Positions 26,135 to 32,000 of a DNA stretch of 32,000 bases are shown one piece after another (within the stretch, counting starts at the first letter, position 1; every line of letters starts with the position of its first letter). This stretch comes from Schaalia meyeri (GTDB lineage Bacteria; Actinomycetota; Actinomycetes; Actinomycetales; Actinomycetaceae): NCBI RefSeq assembly GCF_900105015.1, contig NZ_FNLK01000005.1, positions 90,001-122,000 on the forward strand, given 5' to 3'. A model generated the notes under the pieces. It ran no database searches. It saw nothing but the letters and a program-made list of their open reading frames with translations, and was not told the origin of the DNA. Made by a program: the position numbers and the translations under genes.

Positions 26135-27312
26135 GGATTGGTATCGTGAATCCCTACTCGTGGGATGTCCCCGGGGGAGTTGGTTTTCATGTTCGGGATC
26201 TGGCGCTCAAGCTGCGCTCCAGGGGACACGATGCGCGGGTCCTGACCCCGTCGGCCTCAACCGACCTACCTGATTGGATCACCTCCGCTGGGACATCGGT
26301 ATCGGTTCCATTCAACGGGTCCGTCGCCAACATCTCGGTGTCGCCCGCGGCCTTGCGTCGGACACGACACTGGCTGTCGGCTAACGCCTTTGATATCGTC
26401 CACGTTCACGAGCCGGTCGTCCCCTCGGTGTCGATGGCCGCGGCGATGCTATCGAGCGCCCCCCTCGTGGGTACCTTCCACGCGTCGCTCGGGCGTTCGT
26501 TTTCGCGGGCGATCGCGTCGGCTCCGATGCGACTGTACATGGAACGTATCGGCGTGCGTATCGCCGTTTCGGAGGAAGCACGACGAACTCTCATTGAGCA
26601 CCACGGAGGCGACGCCATCATCATCCCCAACGGCGTCGAGACGGTTGCATTTAGCGCCGCAACGCCGCTGCCCAAGTGGCAGTCGACCGACACCCGCCCA
26701 GTCATCGTTTTCCTCGGACGGTTGGACGAGCCACGCAAGGGGCTCAGCATCTTTGCGGGAGCGATCGAGAGCATCTTGGAGAGCGTGCCCGGGGCGCGTT
26801 TCTTGATCGCGGGACGGGGCGATGCCCCCGATATCCGCCAGGAGCTGGCTCGTTTCGGGGATTCCGTGTCCTTCCTGGGGGGCATCAGCGACGAGGAAAA
26901 GGAGTCGCTGCTCGCCGGCGCAAGCATCTATGTTGCCCCGCAGACCGGGGGAGAATCCTTCGGCATCGTCCTGGTAGAGGCGATGGCGGCGCGCACCGCC
27001 GTCGTCGCCTCCGATATCCCGGCGTTCCGTGCCGTCCTCGAAGATGGTCGCGTGGGCGCGCTCTTTGAGACTGGGAATCGTGCTGCGTTGGCCTCCGAAC
27101 TGCTTGACTTGCTGGGGAATCGCGCCAGGTGCGAAAAGCTGTCGGAGGCGGGGCAGCGGGCGTCCGCGCAATACGATTGGGAGGCCGTCGCGGACAAGGT
27201 TTTCGAGGTGTACAAGCTCGCGATTGATATGGGAAGCCCCGCCAACTCCGGTACGCGCAGGGCACGTGACCTGATCCGGGGACGCGAGCGGCGGGGGAAG
27301 GAACCCCTATGA
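26131..27312 (+). CDS. pimA: GT4 glycosyltransferase, phosphatidylinositol alpha-mannosyltransferase PimA
   Basis: The product begins MRIGIVNPYSWDVPGGVGFHVRDLA. The C-terminal GT-B region is ESFGIVLVEAMAARTAVVASDIPAFRAVL (E-x7-E). It has an ATGA overlap with patA, and the synteny matches Rv2610c. Confidence 0.88.
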   Translation: MRIGIVNPYSWDVPGGVGFHVRDLALKLRSRGHDARVLTPSASTDLPDWITSAGTSVSVPFNGSVANISVSPAALRRTRHWLSANAFDIVHVHEPVVPSVSMAAAMLSSAPLVGTFHASLGRSFSRAIASAPMRLYMERIGVRIAVSEEARRTLIEHHGGDAIIIPNGVETVAFSAATPLPKWQSTDTRPVIVFLGRLDEPRKGLSIFAGAIESILESVPGARFLIAGRGDAPDIRQELARFGDSVSFLGGISDEEKESLLAGASIYVAPQTGGESFGIVLVEAMAARTAVVASDIPAFRAVLEDGRVGALFETGNRAALASELLDLLGNRARCEKLSEAGQRASAQYDWEAVADKVFEVYKLAIDMGSPANSGTRRARDLIRGRERRGKEPL

Positions 27313-27932
27313 TCCTGCTGACGCCCTGGGCCATTGCCGCGTTTAGCCTCGCCATCGTTGTTCTCTCGGCCATTGTTAGCGTCGCTATCGGCCGCGCCCG
27401 CAGGCTCGACCGCCTCCATCAGCGTATCCTCGCCTCCCGCGATGCGCTCTCACGCCTGCTCCTGCGGCGCGCCTCCGAGGCGGACCTGCTGGCGCATACC
27501 GCACCCCTGGACGAAAAAGTGAGCCGTGGCCTCGCCTACGCCGCGCGGGCGTATATCCAAGACGGCGGCGACCAACTGACGACCGATGGGCTCGACCGAC
27601 GCGCCGGTTCCCAACGCCAGGGGGATCGCGTGGAGGTAGCTGCCCGACTTGAACGCGCATCCGCCCTGTCGCGTGCGATCCGAGACGGTCTCACCGCTTC
27701 CGTTCGCGCTAAGATCGCGGCGGATCCTCAGGGGATGGCCAGGCTGGAAGCGCTCGACGCGACGTGCTACCGCGTCGAACTGACTCGAAACGTGCACAAC
27801 GTCGACGTGGCGGGCGTTCGCGCCCTGCGGTCTGCGCGAATGGTAAAATTGCTTCGGCTCGCCGGACACGCGCCGATACCTGAGCCCATCGACTTTGACG
27901 ACGACACACACATCGGCGGACGGGGATACTGA
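27309..27932 (+). CDS. Hypothetical N-terminally membrane-anchored protein (distantly LemA-like pattern)
   Basis: The 207-aa product has an ATGA overlap with pimA. One N-terminal transmembrane helix (WAIAAFSLAIVVLSAIVSVAI) is followed by Arg/Ala/Leu-rich helical sequence. RLDRLHQRILASRDALSRLLLRRASE and ...SALSRAI...CYRVELTRNVHNVDVAGVRALRSARMVKLLRLAG loosely recall the LemA family layout. This is pattern recognition only. Confidence 0.55.
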   Translation: MILLTPWAIAAFSLAIVVLSAIVSVAIGRARRLDRLHQRILASRDALSRLLLRRASEADLLAHTAPLDEKVSRGLAYAARAYIQDGGDQLTTDGLDRRAGSQRQGDRVEVAARLERASALSRAIRDGLTASVRAKIAADPQGMARLEALDATCYRVELTRNVHNVDVAGVRALRSARMVKLLRLAGHAPIPEPIDFDDDTHIGGRGY

Positions 27933-27933
27933 C

Positions 27934-29229
27934 ATGGACATGATCCACTGGGGTGGGCCGGGGGAAGACTACCGCCTGAGCAAGATCAGCAGTGCGAGCA
28001 TTAATTCGGCCAACGGTATCGCGGCGCCCGCGCCCGATGACGCCGCGCCTGTGTGGCAGCCCCCGAAGGCGCTGCGCTCCTTTCCCCTGTTCGAGGTCGT
28101 CATGACGGTCACCGGGGTTCTCGGTTTCATCGGCCTCGTTGTCGTGATGCTCTACCCCGCCTCCTCGGGGGTGTTCTCGCTCGTCAAGACGACGCTCCTC
28201 TCCTTCGTTCCGCTGGCGATCGTCGCAGGCTTTCTTTTGCGCATTGATCGGTGGGATCCCGAGCCGTGGAAGACGAAAGGGGCCTTGTTTCTCTGGGGAG
28301 CCGGCGTCGCGACGCTCTCTTCGGGCATCATCAACACAGCGCTGCAATACAACGTCACCTTCTCAATCGGCGACGCAAACAGGGCCAGCATGCTCGGCGC
28401 GACCTTCATCGCTCCGCTCGTGGAGGAAACATTCAAGGGCCTGGGGGTGCTGATCGTCGTCATCGTCAGGCGCAACCGCATTAACTCGGTGCTTGACGGC
28501 GTCGTGTACGCGGGTTTTTCCGCGGCTGGATTTATGTTCGCCGAGGACATTCTCTACTACCTGCGAAGTGATAACGCGGGAACCACGCAGCTCATTTTGG
28601 TCTTCGTGCTGCGTGGACTTCTCAGCCCGTTCATTCACGCAATGGCAACGTCCATGACCGGAATCGGCCTCGCGCTTGCGCTGCTGAAGTTTAAGAGGGG
28701 ATGGTCCAAGGCCGGTATTGTCCTCATCTTCTGGTTCCTCGCCATGCTGGTCCACTTCGTGTGGAACGGCGCGTCTGCGTACCTGGGTCGTCTCTTCCTG
28801 CTGTTCTACTTCATCGTTGAAGTTCCAGCCTTCATCGTGTGGATGGCGTTGCTGGCCCACGCGGCCCGCAAGGAGCCCGAGAAAATTCGCGTCGGCCTCG
28901 TCCCCTACGTTCGCACCGGCTGGGTGCTGCCCGGCGAGGTCACGATGGTGACGGACAGGCGTTCGCGCAAGGCCGCCATGAAGTGGTCCGTTCAAGGCGG
29001 GCGAGACTCCAAGCGGGCCATGCGTTCCTTCCTGTCTCACCTTTCCTCCCTGGGACTTGATCAGCACCTTATGGCGAAACACGGGCCGGACCCTGCCCGT
29101 ATTGATCACGACCGTCAGATCCTCTCCGAAACAGTCGAGAATAGGCGCGAGTTCCTGCGCCTGACGTCAATCGCCGAGCAACAGCAGGACGTAACAAATG
29201 CTGTTTCCGCGCGGGCCCAGATCGCCTGA
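27934..29229 (+). CDS. PrsW-family intramembrane metalloprotease, copy 1
   Basis: ATG 27934 lies 1 nt after the upstream TGA, and the track start at 27895 overlaps that gene. PrsW motifs are APLVEETFKGLGVL (EExxK), AGFMFAEDILY (FxxxE), HAMATS and HFVWNG (HxxxN). There are about 7-8 transmembrane helices and a roughly 110-aa C-terminal soluble extension. Confidence 0.82.
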   Translation: MDMIHWGGPGEDYRLSKISSASINSANGIAAPAPDDAAPVWQPPKALRSFPLFEVVMTVTGVLGFIGLVVVMLYPASSGVFSLVKTTLLSFVPLAIVAGFLLRIDRWDPEPWKTKGALFLWGAGVATLSSGIINTALQYNVTFSIGDANRASMLGATFIAPLVEETFKGLGVLIVVIVRRNRINSVLDGVVYAGFSAAGFMFAEDILYYLRSDNAGTTQLILVFVLRGLLSPFIHAMATSMTGIGLALALLKFKRGWSKAGIVLIFWFLAMLVHFVWNGASAYLGRLFLLFYFIVEVPAFIVWMALLAHAARKEPEKIRVGLVPYVRTGWVLPGEVTMVTDRRSRKAAMKWSVQGGRDSKRAMRSFLSHLSSLGLDQHLMAKHGPDPARIDHDRQILSETVENRREFLRLTSIAEQQQDVTNAVSARAQIA

Positions 29230-29246
29230 ATGACAAGGAGAGACAA

Positions 29247-30725
29247 ATGACGGATACCCCACAGATTCCTGCGCCTCCGCGCTCATTCGCTCCCATCCCG
29301 CAGCCCCATCGCGCAGCGGCGCCGATCCCCCAGCCTGCTGAGCCCGTGAGGCGCCCATCCACCCCCGTTCCTCAGCCGGAGGTGGCGCCGATCCCGGTTC
29401 CGCCCCCTTCCCGAGCGCAGGTGAGCAAAGGCCATGGTGAAGCGGCTTCGGAAGCCTCGCTAACGAGGGCGCCCGCGCCCACGAATGACACGTCAGCGCC
29501 CGGCCAGTTCACGTCGGAGTTCCAGAGGTTCGTGAGCTTAGCCCCCGCCATGCCCGGTTCTGGCGCCGTCCAGTATCCGCAGGCACCCCCGCAGGCTGTT
29601 CAGGCCTGGGCGATGCCGACACCGGAAAAGAAACTACCCATATTTGAGGCCCTGGTCATCGGCGCCGGGGCCGGGCTCATGCTCGTCGGCATCTTAGGCT
29701 ACCTCCTGGCCAGCGGCCCTTTCCTGGCTCTATTCCTCGCGATCTGCTGCCTCGTTCCCCTGGGCATTATCGTCCTCTTCCTGCAGTTCGTCGATCGCTT
29801 CGAGCCCGAACCGTGGTGGACGAAGACCGCGGCGTTTCTGTGGGGCGGGGGAGTGGCTGTTTTTTTCGCGGGGCTGTCCAACACGCTGTCGAAGGAGGCC
29901 GTCGCGAATGCGACCGGCAACGTGGATGCGGGCAAACTATTCGTGGGAGTCGTCGCCGCGCCACTGGGCGAGGAACTCATGAAGGCCCTGGGGGTCCTGG
30001 TGATCGTCATGATTAGGCGGGACCGTATTTCCTCGCCGCTTGACGGACTCGTCTACGCGGGCTTTTCCGCGGCGGGCTTCCTGGTTGTCGAGGACTTCGG
30101 CTACTTTGTCGGTGCCGTGTACGACGGGCGCTTCGCTCAAACATTCTTCGTTCGTGTTTTCATGGGTGTTTTTGGGCATGTGATGTACACGACGTGTACG
30201 GGTTGGGCAATCGGGTGGGCTGTCACGCGAACGCGGTCAGTGGGCGCCGGCATCGGCGCGGTACTCGTGGCCTACCTAATTGCCGTCTCGCTTCACGGCC
30301 TGTGGAATGGGTCGGCTGCCATCGCCCGGTCGGAGGAGATGTTCTACGTCATCTATGTATTTGTGCACGTGCCGCTGTTTTGCTGCTGGCTCTGTTTCGT
30401 CGCCACAACTATGCGCCGCGAGAGACGTGATATTGCGGCCGGCCTCATTCCATACCTCAATCAGGGGTGGGTTTTGGCCGGTGAGGTTCAGATGGTCTGC
30501 GATCCCGCATTTCGCAGGAACGCGCTGAGGTGGGTATCGGGCGGCGGTGCCCCGGCGAAGAAAGCGATGAAGAATTTTATGTACGCGCTCGCATCCCTGG
30601 GTCTGGACCAGGTGGTGATGAATGTGTGCGGCGCGGAACAACGGCGAATCGAATCGACGCGGGACAAGCTTCAGGAGGCGACCCGGGATCGTCAGGTGTT
30701 CTTGACGCTCATGGGGGTGGGCTGA
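29247..30725 (+). CDS. PrsW-family intramembrane metalloprotease, copy 2, with Pro-rich N-terminal extension
   Basis: AAGGAGAG lies upstream of the ATG. The first roughly 130 aa are Pro-rich (APIPQP...APIPQP...APIPVPPP). Motifs are APLGEELMKALGVL, AGFLVVEDFGY, HVMYT and HGLWNG. The C-terminal extension aligns by eye with copy 1 (GLIPYLNQGWVLAGEVQMV...KKAMKNFMYALASLGLDQ). Confidence 0.82.
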   Translation: MTDTPQIPAPPRSFAPIPQPHRAAAPIPQPAEPVRRPSTPVPQPEVAPIPVPPPSRAQVSKGHGEAASEASLTRAPAPTNDTSAPGQFTSEFQRFVSLAPAMPGSGAVQYPQAPPQAVQAWAMPTPEKKLPIFEALVIGAGAGLMLVGILGYLLASGPFLALFLAICCLVPLGIIVLFLQFVDRFEPEPWWTKTAAFLWGGGVAVFFAGLSNTLSKEAVANATGNVDAGKLFVGVVAAPLGEELMKALGVLVIVMIRRDRISSPLDGLVYAGFSAAGFLVVEDFGYFVGAVYDGRFAQTFFVRVFMGVFGHVMYTTCTGWAIGWAVTRTRSVGAGIGAVLVAYLIAVSLHGLWNGSAAIARSEEMFYVIYVFVHVPLFCCWLCFVATTMRRERRDIAAGLIPYLNQGWVLAGEVQMVCDPAFRRNALRWVSGGGAPAKKAMKNFMYALASLGLDQVVMNVCGAEQRRIESTRDKLQEATRDRQVFLTLMGVG

Positions 30726-30777
30726 CCAGGGTGCTGCTCGGCTGGGGCATGCGCCGCAGCCAGGCTACCCTGGGAGC

Positions 30778-31302
30778 ATGAGCGCACTCGACTGGCCCTT
30801 GGATGCGGATGGCTATCCCCATCGAGAGGCCGCCCGCGTCCTCCTCTTTGATGACGCTGGTCGTGTCCTCCTGGCGAAGGGTCATGACGAAGATCAACCC
30901 GACAGATACTGGTGGTTCACGATCGGCGGCGGTATCGAAGACGGCGAGCATCCGCGCAGTGCAGCTGTACGCGAGGTGTTCGAAGAAACGGGGTTACAAC
31001 TGGAGTCGCACGACCTCATCGGACCCGTCCTCTATCGGACAGCGGAGTTTGACTTCCTGGCCGTCACGGCACGCCAAGACGAGTGGTTTTTCATCGCGCA
31101 CGCGCCGTCGACCGCGCTAAGCAGGGACGGGTGGACGAAGCTCGAACGCTCCGTCATCGACACCCAGCGATGGTGGGATATCGACGAGGCCGCAGCGACG
31201 ATCGACGGCGAACTATACCCCGCTCGCATCCTCGAATACGCGCGTAGGTGGCGCGAGGGGTGGGATGGTCAGATGATCTGCCTGACCGACCGCGAACCCT
31301 AG
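30778..31302 (+). CDS. NUDIX hydrolase
   Basis: The Nudix box is GGGIEDGEHPRSAAVREVFEETGL (G-x5-E-x7-REVxEETG), and the product is 174 aa. A Nudix gene follows pimA directly in mycobacteria (Rv2609c position). Confidence 0.85.
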   Translation: MSALDWPLDADGYPHREAARVLLFDDAGRVLLAKGHDEDQPDRYWWFTIGGGIEDGEHPRSAAVREVFEETGLQLESHDLIGPVLYRTAEFDFLAVTARQDEWFFIAHAPSTALSRDGWTKLERSVIDTQRWWDIDEAAATIDGELYPARILEYARRWREGWDGQMICLTDREP

Positions 31303-31976
31303 CGCTGCGCCTGCTGTTCCTCGCACAGGCCTAGCGGTGCGATCACGAGGGATAGGTCAGGTACGTTCACCTGCACTGCCACCTGATCGCGTACCGTCGG
31401 CTTCGCGCAGAAAGCGATGCCGAGCCCGGCCTCGCGCATCATGGGAACGTCGTTTGCCCCGTCGCCGATGGCGACCGTTCGCTCCATGGGGATACCCAGG
31501 GAAGCGGACCACGAGCGCAAACACTCGACCTTGACCTGGGCGGTGACGATGCGCCCGAGCACGCGACCGGTCAGCATCCCGTCGCGTACCTCAAGGCGGT
31601 TGGCGGCGTAGTAATCGACCCCGAGGGAGGCGGCCAGGGGAGCGACCACCTCCTCGAAACCTCCCGAGACGACCCCGAACCTTCCGCCGACACGATGCAC
31701 CGCATCAATGAGTTCTTTTGCGCCGCGTGTCGGCGTGATCGAGGCAAGGACCTCGAAGAACACGGAGCGGTCAACCCCCGCGAGAGTCGCGACCCGCTCC
31801 CGCAGCGACTGCGCGAAATCGAGCTCGCCATTCATGGCGCGCGCGGTGATCGCCGCAACCTGGGCTCGCGTTCCCGCCGCCTGGGCGAGCTCCTCAATGA
31901 CCTCCTGGGAGATCAACGTCGAATCGACGTCAGTGACGACGAGGCCGGGCGCGGCTTCGCGAAAAATGCGAGGCAC
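31299..31976 (-). CDS. serB: Phosphoserine phosphatase SerB (HAD-IB)
   Basis: HAD motif I is LVVTDVDSTLISQEVIEELA. Later motifs are VSGGF and K-x...GDGANDVPMMREAGLGIAF. The GTG at 31976 is the first start in the track, but the frame stays open to the window edge (…THLIDRPG), so the true N-terminus may lie beyond 32000. Confidence 0.8.
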   Translation of the reverse strand: MPRIFREAAPGLVVTDVDSTLISQEVIEELAQAAGTRAQVAAITARAMNGELDFAQSLRERVATLAGVDRSVFFEVLASITPTRGAKELIDAVHRVGGRFGVVSGGFEEVVAPLAASLGVDYYAANRLEVRDGMLTGRVLGRIVTAQVKVECLRSWSASLGIPMERTVAIGDGANDVPMMREAGLGIAFCAKPTVRDQVAVQVNVPDLSLVIAPLGLCEEQQAQR

Positions 31977-32000
31977 ACCCGGCCGGTCGATAAGGTGAGT

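Noticed and set aside
31299-31302. The palindromic CTAG in which the Nudix TAG stop and the convergent serB TAG stop overlap.
   Set aside because: The overlap is real, but it is a trivial 4-bp convergent stop overlap with no evident functional implication.

Overview
This is a high-GC actinobacterial chromosomal core region, with gene content and protein style resembling Actinomycetaceae. I cannot name the species from sequence alone. Almost the whole window is coding and falls into two blocks that match my memory of conserved actinobacterial (Mycobacterium-type) synteny.

Block 1 (1-16.9 kb) reads: DUF4193, DUF3710, OB-fold protein, DUF3159, two TrkA/RCK genes, a divergently transcribed KimA-like APC-superfamily permease, a TRAM/SAM RNA methyltransferase, a ClC channel, an S9 peptidase, dxs, RNase D, DUF3000 and glgX.

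A five-gene tRNA array follows at 17.03-17.49 kb (Gly-Val-Gly-Cys-Val) with a clean intrinsic terminator.

Block 2 (17.8-32 kb) reads: two paralogous Pro/Gly/Gln-rich single-pass membrane proteins, an ATP-grasp ligase plus a FemXAB-family transferase, then the thrS-HIT-pgsA-patA-pimA phosphatidylinositol-mannoside operon. That operon is extended by a small membrane-anchored protein and two tandem PrsW-family intramembrane proteases. A Nudix hydrolase and a convergent serB close the window.

I see no transposase, integrase, CRISPR array, toxin-antitoxin pair, prophage or recognisable defence genes, so this is not an obvious accessory island. No finding is a clear-cut novel system. The most worthwhile leads are:
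- The KimA-like transporter paired with two orphan RCK genes.
- The LemA-like protein plus double PrsW module wedged into the PIM operon.
- The ATP-grasp/Fem pair, a likely peptidoglycan cross-bridge module.
- The compact, duplicated tRNA array.
- Several leaderless-type start sites.

All family assignments come from reading motifs by eye and from remembered synteny. No search was run.
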